Positions 52,159 to 63,490 of a stretch of DNA of 63,490 nt are shown one piece after another. This DNA comes from Paraglomus brasilianum (Eukaryota): positions 1-63,490 of the forward strand of contig CAJVPI010000060.1 of assembly GCA_910592345.1 (NCBI GenBank). Direction: 5' to 3'. The notes under the pieces are model-generated. The model was not told the DNA's origin, did no database searches, and worked only from the letters and a program-made list of their open reading frames with translations. Numbering within the stretch: position 1 is the stretch's first letter; the number at the start of each line of letters is the position of its first letter. The translations under genes and the position numbers were made by a program.

Positions 52159-52913
52159 ATGCCGCTTGCAAGCCCTATCAATTTCCCAAAATGGCTCTCT
52201 GAACATGAACACCTTCTCCAACCGCCTGTGAATAATTTTTTGTTACAGCGCGGCGATTTCATAATTATGGTCGTTGGGGGACCTAACGCCAGAACCGATT
52301 ATCATATCAATCAGACGGAGGTAATTTGACTAGAAAGCGGGTAATCAACTATTTCTCTCGAGTATGGGATAGTCGACTGACCATTTTATTATAAATGGGT
52401 GCTTGCGTTTACGATAGGAATGGTTTTACCAGTATAAAGGTGATATGCTCCTAAAGGTGGTGGATGGTGGTGAATTCAAAGATATCGCTATTCGGGAGGG
52501 CGATATGTTCCTGCTTCCGGGTAATCCAATCTTAAATTTGCATGAAAGTTTTTGACATCCGCAACATAAACTTAAACATGCTTTTAATTACGTGTTAGCC
52601 AACGTTCCTCACAACCCTGTGAGGTTTGCTGATACTGTCGGAATTGTTATTGAGAGAAATCGTAGCTCGGATGAGATTGGTATGTTTACGATTTGAGCAC
52701 GCTTTCGTTTTCACCTAACTCACCCTATAATCTGACTACGACAATATAGATAAACTTAGATGGTATTGCTCAGCCTGCAGATCCATAGTCTATGAAGAAT
52801 CGTTTCATTGTTATGACCTTGGCACACAGTTGAAACCGATCATTCAAAAGTATGCTAGTGATGAACTCTTGCGAACTTGCAAAGGATGTGGGAATGTCAA
52901 TGAAGCCAAATAA
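52159..52913 (+). CDS. BNA1: 3-hydroxyanthranilate 3,4-dioxygenase (kynurenine pathway), 169 aa
   Basis: Exons 52159-52320, 52418-52520, 52599-52679, 52750-52913 give [42 protein letters not shown] and RTCKGCG. Confidence 0.97.
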
Positions 52914-53160
52914 GCAACATGTTGGTGATGAAGCCCGTGGAAGAGCTAAGGATTCTGTTGTCGCCGTTTTGTTTTCGTTTGAGAGTCGGGTATCGTGGAT
53001 GATACAAAGTCTCTACTGATTAGCATTTTTCACCAAATTTATTCTATTCTTTCAAAGATTGTTAATTTAACACAAACATAAATTATTGTAATGTCCGTCG
53101 AATATAAGTGCGCACGGCTTGCTCTATAACATTCTCTACGATAATTTCGTTTATTCGTGA

Positions 53161-53641
53161 TTACCCGGATGGACGTGATGATCCCGAAGTATTTCCCTTC
53201 CCTGTAGAATGTCGTTCTTTCTCTTTTTCCTGCTGTTCAAGCTTCTCCCACCCTAACGTTCAAAAGGTAAAATGGAAGTTGCATCAGTACAAAGAAACAC
53301 GCTATAGATAAATAAGTTGGATAACGATATCTACATTCAAGCTTTTCAGTCGGACGTCTATTGTCGGCTGCTTGTTCTCGTCGACGAGCATTTATTTCTT
53401 TCTTTGCAAAATAATATGCAGCCCCACCGGCTAGTTCAAAGAGTAAGATTAAAATTAAATGCATTTCTCAGCAGATAATGATTGTAACAGATAAAGAGAT
53501 AATGTGGAATCGAAGTTTATACCTATTATTAACGAAACCCTGAAAGAGGAAAAGTACGTGAGATCGGGATAAGGCAAAAGTTTGAAGAATCCTTCCCCCA
53601 TCTACTCACCATCCGATCGCAACAGAATTGGGTGTGTTCAT
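53161..53641 (-). CDS. Small single-TM fungal protein (DUF4748-like), 78 aa
   Basis: Exons 53641-53610, 53539-53523, 53430-53335, 53252-53161 give MNTPNSVAIGWVSLIIAGGAAYYFAKKEINARRREQ... Confidence 0.82.
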
Positions 53642-56383
53642 TATTGATCAAAATTTCTTATGTGAGATACTTGTTCGTCGAAAGAAATGTGTCAGGCAAT
53701 ATTAATAATCCCGTGATCTCCCGAGGATCTACCAAAAAAATGACCGTGATCTCATAGGTTCTTCCTTGAAAAGACTGTAGACATTCCCAGATCAGGCAAT
53801 CTATGATTGATGGAGTTTATGGCTCAACGGGAAGATGACTTCAGTCCAGAAAAATGTATCCGCTCAGATACTACTATACGAAAAGGAATGAAAAATTGAA
53901 AGGAAGTGCATCTCTGCACAACTTGATACTCGATAATATACTCGGGTTTAATATTTTTAAGGTGGTGCTAATTTAACTATTTAATGTTTCCAGGCGGGCT
54001 CATTTATGTCAAGCGCATTCGAACAAAAAATAAATCGGTTAGGAATACCGGGAAAAGCGTCATATCAGTTACATAAGGTAATAATAAATAGTATTTGCAA
54101 ATATCTTATGTTTTATTTGGCAGACAAGATATCCATCACTTAGTACAGATAAACCTGTTCAATCTCCTGATCAATAAGATTGAAACGCTGCACTCATCTG
54201 CTCAGTAAAGGATTCAGATGTCTACTAAACACGGCATAAACAGAAGACTCGTACATTTACAGGATAAGCATTTTGCCACAGAACCCCTTGGCCGATATGC
54301 GAATTTTAGAGATACATGATAATAACGCGCTTATGTTCATCCTCCTGAGTGATTATGCTTATTCCCATATTGTGCCAACAAAAACTGGATCTCAAACATA
54401 GTACTGGAATGGAAATTATTTGAGAAATCAAAGGTTTTTGGATGATGGTCTCTGTATGTGGCTTGTGTCGCCAGTGGAATACAGTAGACTTTACCACGAA
54501 AAGAATGAAAAGAATGATATCAATCAACACAGCTAATTCTTTTACGAGAGAATGTGGGTGATTATGATGATTGTTCCAGTTTCTTTATACAATCTATCTA
54601 GTGGTAATACTAATGCCCTGGATCAATCTTTAGAAATTGGACGAGAATAAAAATTACGCTTCGTCTCCCTACTCAATATGCCTCGTTTGATTGTGCGCAT
54701 GAACCTCTTCTAATCTGGGATTTAGTATTTCATTTGGTAATAACAGCCAATCACCAACCGACATCTCCACGTCATCAAAGCTTGTGAATCAACGAGTGAC
54801 ATTATAACCTTGGCAATATCGTATTGGATTTGGAAAAAGGCGAGCGCATGCAACCGCAGCTTCACATAGTGCTAAAGGTTGCTACCTAGAAGCACAGAAG
54901 ATGAGTTTGGAGATAATTGCTTTAGATATCGGGACACCAGTTTACTTATGGATGGGCTATGATATTAGAGCGACCATCGTGTCGTACATTGCGGTAATTC
55001 TTACATAGAGCTTTATGAATTGTTTGTCTTTTGTTAATTCTCTTCTTATCCTCCCATAGATTAAACCCCCGAGAATTTGCCTTATGAAGACACCATACTC
55101 ATATCTTTCGTGATCAAAAGTGTGTGCGTTGGTCTCGGTCACATGAAGGAAACCAATGATCGCTCAAGTGTCGAAAGTGGGAGTGCCGCTCGACGTGCAG
55201 TTCGGTGCGGTTTTGACGTGCTGTTCGGTACATCAGCGACAGGACTCGTTCGCGTCATCTTTCTTTTCTTTAACTAATATGTTGTCCCCCGTATGCTTAA
55301 AGCAATGTATCAAAACGCTCGAAACAGATGGGTGATTTGAATATAAGTCTTACAGCCGTTACTTTACTATGGAACGTATCGAACGCAAAGAGCAGATTAG
55401 AAAAGATTGCAGGTGGACCATGATATACCACTTCGATCCGCGACATCGAACAAATTATTGAAAGATCTTAACCCAAGAACAACCATTGCATTATGAGTGT
55501 TATTATTGCGCAACTAGCCAGTATTTGCTCAGACTCTCGGCCAGAAGTTAGCGAATCAGTTTAGCACACTTGTGTTTGGCGAGTTTTATTTGCGTTGTTG
55601 GATGCTGTTAAACTTGCATCGTTACGGGCCGATAGCGCACTTCATGACTAGAGTGCAGATGCGATAAAAGCAGAAATCTAACACCCCTGTAAGAACTAAA
55701 ACGTTAGTTCATTTCACTGCTTATCGATGGTATTACGCGAGTGATGAATCATCAATGCACTCATATCCCTCGAAGATCTATCGCCACTCTTTACGATATA
55801 TTGCTGCATAGCCTTAACGCGTCTATCAAGGTTTTAAATACTTATCCAATGTCCAATCACGATGCAAGAAAATCTTGCTTTTCTTACCAAAAACTAATGG
55901 TTCATTTTTTGGGGGCAATTTTCTAGGCTTATTTAGGAGTATATGTGGGTTAAAAGAGGATCCAAAAAGACCCCAAATTTTAATCTGCCACAATAAATAA
56001 TTTACTCTATATTTTTCTTACATATTCAAATGATCAAAGACAGTTAATAGTAAACGTGCGCGATTTATTTCAGAATCCTGTTACTCAACCATATTGACAT
56101 GCATGGAAACATATCGTATTTGAAAAAGGAGCAAATCCGTGAATTACAAGTTAATTCAAAAAAGAGTTTGAGTCTCTAAATTATAAAAAATGGACGATGT
56201 TAACATTGTAAATGACTTCATTTGTATCAACATATAACCCTACCTGCGGCTGATTCCAAATCATAACTATTTCTTGGTTTAGGTAATTCTCCTGTAGGTA
56301 AGAGCTTACTAGAGTATTTACTTTCCTTTTCGAGACGTGATAAGAGTTGTACATTATTGTAATATTTGGTATACCACGTTTTG

Positions 56384-57060
56384 TCACCAGAATTGTCTAA
56401 AATCTCTAATCCATTCTTCAGGATCTTCTCCAGCTTTTCCGTAAAATAGGGGTAGTGCGTAACCTGGCATTCCTCTATATTGGTTATTTATAGGTTGATT
56501 ATTCTGAAGTGCAAAAATTTGTTGATTCAAATTCAAAATTAATTGCTGTGAATTGCGCTCCCTATTTTTCCATTTGATATGACTTGCCTTCCGATCTTTG
56601 AATTTATTGTAATATCTATCAAAGAGCTGATCTCGATTATATTCTAATAATCCTTTATCAGCCTGACATTGTTGTAGCTCCTGTTCTAAGCGATGAATAA
56701 ATACCTTGTAAATAATTTCAAGAACACATTTGAGTTTTGACTGTTCATTCCATATCAGACTTGCATTAAACCACAAACGCCCTTGCAAATTATATCTTTG
56801 TTGGCTATTATTAAGATCTTGAGCAAATTGATTGACACGATTCTGCAAGGTATCTCGTTCTGGTATAAGTTGGTTGACATAGTTTTGCAAGGTATCTCGC
56901 TCCTGAATAAGTTGATTGGTTCAATTCTGAAGGTTGGCGTCTCTAATGCCTTGTATAATATTAGTAGGATTATTTAATGGTGTACCACCTCTAAGATGAT
57001 TTTCAATATGATTCAAGCCTCGATCGATTTGTATAAAAAGGTCAAGATTCGCCATATCTG
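56384..57060 (-). pseudogene. Coiled-coil region followed by a Gag/capsid-like motif (truncated, frameshifted)
   Basis: Repeated heptad units (RDTLQNYVNQL / RDTLQNRVNQF), then LPLFYGKAGEDPEEWIRDF, which matches the P.F.G...ED...W...F start of Ty3/gypsy-type capsid domains. Confidence 0.55.
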
Positions 57061-57128
57061 TATCTTCCTCTTCCGAATTATATAAACTTGGAGAGCTTCT
57101 CCAGGAAGAAATAACTTGAATCTATACC

Positions 57129-57494
57129 TCAGATTTTCCATTTTCTCATAACATTCTTGCAACTGCTGTTCCAGATTAGCATTATAGGATTTGATCCCCT
57201 AACCTCCTTTGTGGCTTGGTATAAGCTTCTTTTAAGGGACGATATCTCTGATCTCAACTCTGGCTTTTCTTCCTCTGAAGCATCCTCGAGCTGTTCCAGT
57301 TCTTTATTGAGAGATTGGATTTCTTTCTCACATCTGATATATTTGCGCTCCAGCTCATTTATGTATTTCTCATTCGACCTATTGATTGAAACTTCATCAT
57401 CTCTCAAAGCTTGATTTACCTGCTCCAGTTCCAATTCCCGATTAGACGCTAGCCCACGAGATATTCGATTGGGATGTGGTCGACGAAATGTCAT
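57129..57494 (-). CDS. Intronless coiled-coil ORF of the virus-like element (probably frameshifted)
   Basis: E/K/L-rich heptads directly upstream of the Gag-like ORF on the same strand. Confidence 0.45.
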   Translation of the reverse strand: MTFRRPHPNRISRGLASNRELELEQVNQALRDDEVSINRSNEKYINELERKYIRCEKEIQSLNKELEQLEDASEEEKPELRSEISSLKRSLYQATKEVRGSNPIMLIWNSSCKNVMRKWKI

Positions 57495-57649
57495 AGCTAT
57501 TTTTATTATAGCAAAATATATTGGTGCAAAGTAAAGGCATAGCCAAAGTGAGTATACCTACTATTACTATATATATAGATCCATATGCTGAGGTAGCTAT
57601 AGTTTGTCGTACACTCTATTATAATATTCCCGGGTTTTTTATGATAATC

Positions 57650-59005
57650 AGAAAAGGGGGAAAGTGTATTTACACACCCTGGTGCTGATAGACGTGGCGA
57701 CAAGATTTAAATGTGCAGTAGCGTTGACGTCAAAGAATAGTTTAGAAGTTTGGAACGCGATCGAAAAAAATATACAATGATCCCAAAAATCCTCTCACAT
57801 GGCCGGCATTGTTGATGGTAGATGGTGCAGGGGAGTTCAAAGGAGCATTCTCTCGAGGGATGGAACGTTATAATGTTCCTATAAGAATTGTTGATCTTTA
57901 CAGTTTCGAAAGTTTAGCATTGGTTAAAAAATTCAAGCAGATTTGGCGAGATATATATATATATATAATTCAATATGCCATAGAGGGCAAACTCAGAGGA
58001 GGTGAACGTTCTAAATTATGGAATAAGATACTTCAGAAAATTATCAACTATATGAATAATAATAAAACGCGATTAATAGGCATGTCACCATCATATGCAA
58101 TGACATTGCGGGAAGTGATTCCCAAAGTAACTATCAAACCTAAAAGACCTATTGGGAAAGATGAACCACGATTACAAAAAGGAACGACTGTAAGATATTT
58201 ATTAAAACCAGGTGAGTTAGAAGGAGGACACATGCATAGAAAACTGACCCGTACTTCTCATTGCGTTTATATAAGATCGAGAAAGTCATTGTAGGTAAGA
58301 ATCCACCACAGCCAGTCTTATATTATCTTGAGAATGAGCCCATTAAATCTACAGCTCATTTTATGGGTCACAATCCACGTCGACCATTCAAGCGAGAAGA
58401 ACTCCAAGTAATCGAGAATCCTGAAGAAGTTGAGTATCCACCTGATGAATTTATCATCCCTCTAGATCGATACATTTCATTCGTATTTTCAATAAAGAAT
58501 TCGACAGCGTGCAACAATATGCCAGGAAACGTAGTGGAAGTATTTTAGCAAGAACTGGCCAACTTAATGATCAGAATGTATATCTTTGGTCATGTGAGAA
58601 TGGTAAACATAAATTCGAGTACCCATATCCATTGATAGCTACAAAATTCGAATGGTGCCCAATTTGTCTACATTTCAAAAGTGAGCGTTCTGCAAGATAT
58701 ATTTTTGAGGATCTACTAGGTAAGAAATTTCCATCTTGTAAACCGTCATTTTTGAATGGGATGCGGTTAGATGGATGTAACGAAGAATTAAAATTGGCAT
58801 ACGAATTCCAGGGGCCTCAACATTTTTCGGAGAATCCAATGTTCCATAAGCGAGGCAAGATAGACTTAGATAGTCAACAGACGCGCGACCAAATATATGT
58901 AAAAGAGAGGGTATAGATCTTATCGAAGTGCCTTATACATGTGATTTATTTTCCTATATCAAAAGTAAATTGCAAGAGAGGGGTTATTTATCGCATAAAG
59001 AATAA
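57650..59005 (+). mobile_element. Retroviral-type (rve/c-) integrase apparently fused to a Zn-ribbon and PD-(D/E)xK endonuclease; frameshifted pseudogene
   Basis: Integrase: LVLIDVATRF..LTSK...EV, LMVDGAGEFKG, W...LQKII..MNN.KTRLIGMSP, VRYLL..GELEGG. Nuclease: WSCENGKH.F..WCPIC..SE...RYIFEDLLGK.F..LDG.NEELKLAYEFQG.QH, ending GIDLIEVPY. Confidence 0.8.
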
Positions 59006-59021
59006 ATTTGCAAAGATAACC

Positions 59022-59930
59022 ATGGCATATAATAAACTTCATCTACTTGCTTTGCCTGAACTTTTAACTAAAATTTTCTCATACCTTGCTATAGATAAAT
59101 CGCTATACCCGACTTTATTTGTTAACCGGTTATGGTATGTTCCGCCCCAATATTATGGAAATGAGTCGAATTCGTTGGCAATGGTTACAAAAAAGTTCCT
59201 AGCTACTGGGGGAAATTCAAAGAAGTAATACATACACAAAAACCTATCTTTATTTTTAACTGATTTTTGTAATTCCAGATGTAAAGTCTCTAGTAAAACC
59301 TTATATCAGATTAGAGATCTGTGTCCAAACTTGCGTCACCTAACTATAAGCAACTGCCATGGGGTTTCTTCCAAAACGATTGGAAAAATTGTACATCCAA
59401 ATTTAACATATCTTAAATTTCGTAATAATACAACGGGACCTCATAAGCGTCATCATCATATCAGAGATAAAACAATTTGTGAGATCGCATTATCGTGCCC
59501 AAATTTAATCTATCTCCATTTGGGATATAGTACTAACATCTCTGATATTTCAGTTATAGAAATTGCTAAGTCGTATCGAAAGTTAGAATATATCAATATA
59601 GGTGATATATCATTAAAAGAAATTGCTCACCTATGTCCAAAACTTCAACATATCCACTTGATCGATTGCGAAAAAATAACAGATGAATCTGTTTGTACAA
59701 TAGCGCAATTCTGCTCAAAACTTGAACAGCTTTATCTCGAGGGATGCGACATTACTAATGTGTCTATATCTGCATTAGCAAACTTATGTAGCAATCTTAA
59801 AGAACTTAATATTAAGGATTGCAAGAAAATTAATACAAATGCAATTGTAACCTTGCAAAATAAAAATCCTGCTCTTGATATTATCGGTTGGTATCCAGAT
59901 GCGAATAGTGAGTCGGGTATATCATTATAA
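59022..59930 (+). pseudogene. Intronless F-box plus leucine-rich repeat (FBXL-like) gene, frameshifted
   Basis: LALPELLTKIFSYL...VNRLW (F-box) followed by repeats of CPNL..L.L..C..I(T/S)D.S...IA. Confidence 0.85.
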
Positions 59931-60013
59931 AAAATTGGATAAATCACTGACACATATATGCAATGAAGATCATTATTTTTCAGGTATAATAATTAGTGAC
60001 TTTCTTGATTAAT

Positions 60014-60210
60014 ATGAAAATAGAAAAGCTAGACCCTGTTGAGAGAATAGTTTTAAACATCGATGAATATAATAATCCAGAAAGATTTAACTCCTTAAAT
60101 AGTACGCCCAATTACAATGGCCTTTTAACTTATTAATTAGTGGGAGAACCAGATCAGGAAAAACTGATAAAGTTATCATCCTTTTACTTGGGAACAAGAT
60201 GTATCGATAC
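60014..60210 (+). pseudogene. N-terminal stub of a P-loop ATPase resembling an A32/FtsK-HerA viral packaging ATPase
   Basis: [23 protein letters not shown] with Walker A at 60142-60165, in the PF.hhh.G.SGSGKT context typical of Polinton/NCLDV packaging ATPases; truncated. Confidence 0.6.
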
Positions 60211-60342
60211 TGTAAGCGGGGCCAAATTCGATTCATCCATTCGGTAGGAGTCTCATTCGATGAAACAATACCCATCTCTAGATATTTCATCCCATTCAGT
60301 ATCGGTACAATTGGTTCCACATCTTTCACTTAAGCTAGCCAT
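60205..60342 (-). pseudogene. 5' fragment of an unknown intronless ORF, truncated against the ATPase stub
   Basis: ATGGCTAGCTTAAG.. then [39 protein letters not shown]. Confidence 0.4.
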
Positions 60343-60682
60343 TTTATATAACTTATTTGTAGTGTTTATGGAAGTTGTATGTGATTTATATCGAATTTAG
60401 GGGTTTAGACCTATTAGATTTGGTTCTTTATAGTATAAGTTAAAGAATATATCATTCATTTTTAGTGCGGATTGTGTTATTAGATGAGTTGTGTATATTC
60501 GTCATATTTTGCGAGCGATGTATACGATGAGAATGGGAGAGATGCATATTGGGTTGTAGCGAGAATTGTAGTTTAGAGTTGATTCTAAAGAATTTATTTG
60601 TGGCGGTATTTATGTATAAATTGCTCGTATACTGTGGATATATTATGATCTATTTTTGACATGTGGATAATCGTTGCATGAT

Positions 60683-60728
60683 CTATTTCGGGTGTAGAAT
60701 CTATTTCGGGTGGGACCTATTTCGGGTG
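60683..60728. repeat. Three copies of CTATTTCGGGTG
   Basis: Copies at 60683, 60701 and 60717. Confidence 0.9.
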
Positions 60729-61534
60729 TATTACGAAATAGACAATCCGAGATATTTTTTCTTGTGTGAATAAAAATCATGTATGCGTGACGAATTGTCA
60801 CGCCGATCACTTTTGCCGGAGCGAAATTTCCGATATATCTAGCTACTAGTAATAAAATCGATTGCGTAACACAGATGTTCGATCAACATATCACATGACT
60901 TTAAAGTTCTAAAAAAACCCCAAAAAATCACATGACTTAAGACGATCACCGGAAAATTTTCTGCCGAAAAGTAATGGGAGGATACACGCATTGTGCAACA
61001 GAATACATTTCTCACTACAAATTTTGTAAACGAATCATGTTAGTGCCGATCCGGAATTGCTCATTAGCTGATAGTTCATTAACCGTAATATTTTGCCCAA
61101 CATGAATGTTGTTTTGCGTTCGAATTTATAGCACCTGGAAATGTGAATCATAATAATGCTGATCCAGAATTGCAAAACACTAACAAGTCATGTTTCATTT
61201 TATATTTATTAGCCAGATGCTAATTCATTAATTGCAATAGATTTGCCCAACTAAAATATTGTTTTGCGCACGAATTCATAATGAAGCGACGAATTGGCTT
61301 TCTAAGGATTATACACAAAGAAATGAGCGAGATTTCACTTCATCCTCCATTCGTAGCTCAAGTGCCACCATGAACTCTATAAAACACGTCACTTTCGTAA
61401 ACGATATCCGCAGGTTCGTCCTTAGAACAATTTACAATACAACGCAAAATGCACGTAATTGCATTACAACAGTCACATATTCCTTGTTCTGCAAGATCAA
61501 ACCGTGAAATTACCCAAAACATAATACGCAAAAA

Positions 61535-62163
61535 ATGTTCTCAAACAATTCAGATTGTTTCGTGCTCGTCGTGTTCATGCTATTATACCTAAATACTCGA
61601 AGAGTGGAAAACCGTATAACTGCGGAATTGTCTGCTATCAAAAGATCACGACGGCGAAACTCAATCGCTAATACCGAATTGCTACAAAAAATCAACAATC
61701 TCGAAAGCCTAATGGGCTACGAAGTTCGCGACATCAAAAATGGTGTTGGCAGTCGCGACAGTAATTTCGGCTCTCGAGATTACACTGGCGATATTCAAAC
61801 TCTCTGGCAAGATTTCGATCGCCTATTCAAAGAAAAACGTCGACTAGAGAAACGAACTGAGCCATCAATGTATTCCAAAATTTCAGAAGAAATAAGGGAG
61901 TTGGGCCAGCGTCTTGGAGATGGAAATTGCACAAACGTTTAACCCGTAATCCCGCAGATGAAACCATAGAATTTATTAGGCTATGGGTAGATAATGAGAG
62001 GGAGTTAGATACAGAGGTAGAAGCGGAGGAGAATAGTGATAGCGCTGGACCTAGCGGGACGAGTAGTCGTCGCCTTCGGGCAAGCTTTGGGGCTGACTTC
62101 CACTGGTGCACCAGTTTTCCCTCCCATGCAGTCGCGCTAGGTCCAAGCCTTTTATATTATTGA
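61535..62163 (+). CDS. Unknown intronless ORF (N-terminal hydrophobic segment plus coiled coil), probably frameshifted
   Basis: ORFs 61535-61942 and 61927-62163 overlap and can be joined by removing two single bases in homopolymers. Confidence 0.4.
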
Positions 62164-63120
62164 GGGGTATTTTTTATAATAAAATGATTCTCAAAATCGT
62201 GTTCTTATGTTCTTATGTTCTTATTATTATTTGTTTGTGGCTTGGGTCACCTGATAATTCTGATGAATACACATTCGCACGTCGCGTCATGGCAATATGT
62301 AAAAAATGGCGAATGTCTAACCACTCTTAAATACTGTGGTAAGACAAACTGTGGTAGTAATTTCTTATGACAATACTGTAACCTTTTGTCCGCGAATATA
62401 TAGCCTTTTGGCAGAACACAAATACTCCCTCCCTCAAGAAATTTTTAGATTTCCGACACTGATTTGGAAGATCAAGAAACAGAACATCGCCGATACGGTC
62501 TTGAACTAAATAATATTATTGCGTACTATGATGAAACATCTGAAATTGGAAAAAAAGTGCTAAAATGGAAAGAGGCTTTTCAGGTTATACTTATTTTTTG
62601 TTTGGGCTGTTTCACGGGAGAAAGGCTGTACTTGTACTGTTTCAACGAACTACCTTGTGAGTTGCTTGCTCGCACGGACACCTTATTAGTTGCTTACTCG
62701 TCCGTGGTTAGTTTTCGGATTGTTTATTCGCACAGACACCCTGTGAGTTGCTTACTTGCAGGGCAAAAGTTGCTTACTTGTCTGTGGTTTGGTCATGCAG
62801 TATGACTTTGCATGCTGTGTTTGGTTAATTTTATATTCTGTTTGATTAATTTTATAATCTGCTTTTCTATAAAAAGAATGATAAAAAGTCTAGGTCAGTA
62901 AAACTCTTTGGAATCTACATGAAATTCTTGCGGAATCCGAGATACTTGATAAAAAAGCCCAAATGCAGTGGGTAGGTTGTCTTTACAAGAACCATCACTA
63001 AGGCTATTATTTACTAACTCTTTTATTTTTGGTTTTTAGAAAAACGGGATGGTAAATTTCGAAGGAATAGGTCTCCGCCATCTTAAAGAAGCTTCGTCAG
63101 CGGTACAAGAAAAACAAATT

Positions 63121-63159
63121 AGTCCAGAACTGAGACAAGTCCCGAACTGAGGTACAACA
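63121..63159. mobile_element. End of the TGTTG...CAACA element family
   Basis: GAACTGAGACAAGTCCCGAACTGAGGTACAACA is close to the reverse complement of the 14638 left end. Confidence 0.7.
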
Positions 63160-63490
63160 CACAAAAACTAATTGTTCACTGAAAAATAATAACTATCGAT
63201 TGATAGTGAAGCTTCACCGCCAGGTGAGCCAAGCTCGAATGTACATACATTGTGTATCAATTCTAATTTTCTATAGACATCAAAATTTTTTATCAATTCG
63301 ACGTGTATTGACTAGCCATGGGATATATAATAAGTAGAAATATCATATTCACTATCTAAAATTTTAAATCGCTAAATTATAAAACAATGAAATATGTTAA
63401 CCTATTTCTGAACTTGGCAAACTGAAATCTGATAGCGGAGGAAAATTATTGCTGTTTCTTGGTTTAGGCAAATCTCCAGTAGGTAGGCGC

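Noticed and set aside
9876..52913. Iron-themed gene cluster linking FTR1 with the Fe-dependent dioxygenase BNA1
   Set aside because: They are over 30 kb apart with unrelated genes between, and I saw no ATCWGATAA site in the BNA1 proximal promoter.
54100..55900. Possible reverse transcriptase/pol partner for the Gag-like ORF
   Set aside because: Coding-like but decayed; I could not read any RT, RNase H or protease motif.
1..63490. tRNA, rRNA or snRNA genes
   Set aside because: No convincing T-loop/cloverleaf or rRNA signature was seen by eye; a tRNAscan-SE/Infernal run would be needed to exclude them.

Overview
This is AT-rich eukaryotic DNA with short GT-AG introns, from an early-diverging fungus; gene and transposon content suggest Mucoromycota, possibly Glomeromycotina (inference). 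Genes I could reconstruct by hand: an unknown secreted protein, a TMEM97/EXPERA protein, two divergently transcribed FTR1 iron permeases with a third FTR1 fragment between them, an Ecl1-family zinc protein, a PGC1-like GDPD, a small PX-domain protein, a large Zn2Cys6 transcription factor, CMC4, an SMP/LEA-like protein, BNA1 and a DUF4748-like protein. Intergenic DNA holds many Tc1, mariner and pogo remnants and TA-flanked MITEs. Two regions stand out. (1) The FTR1 locus (9.9-21.0 kb) has no adjacent FET3, about 11 ATCWGATAA iron-repressor-type GATA sites, and traces of a duplicated and collapsed divergent gene pair. (2) A decayed, intronless, virus-like block (about 56.2-60.4 kb) carries a retroviral-type integrase apparently fused to a Zn-ribbon/PD-(D/E)xK nuclease, an F-box/LRR gene and a Walker-A packaging-ATPase stub, back-to-back with a Gag-like ORF. 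It resembles a Polinton/Maverick-like endogenous virus. All family assignments come from motif recognition by eye, not database searches.
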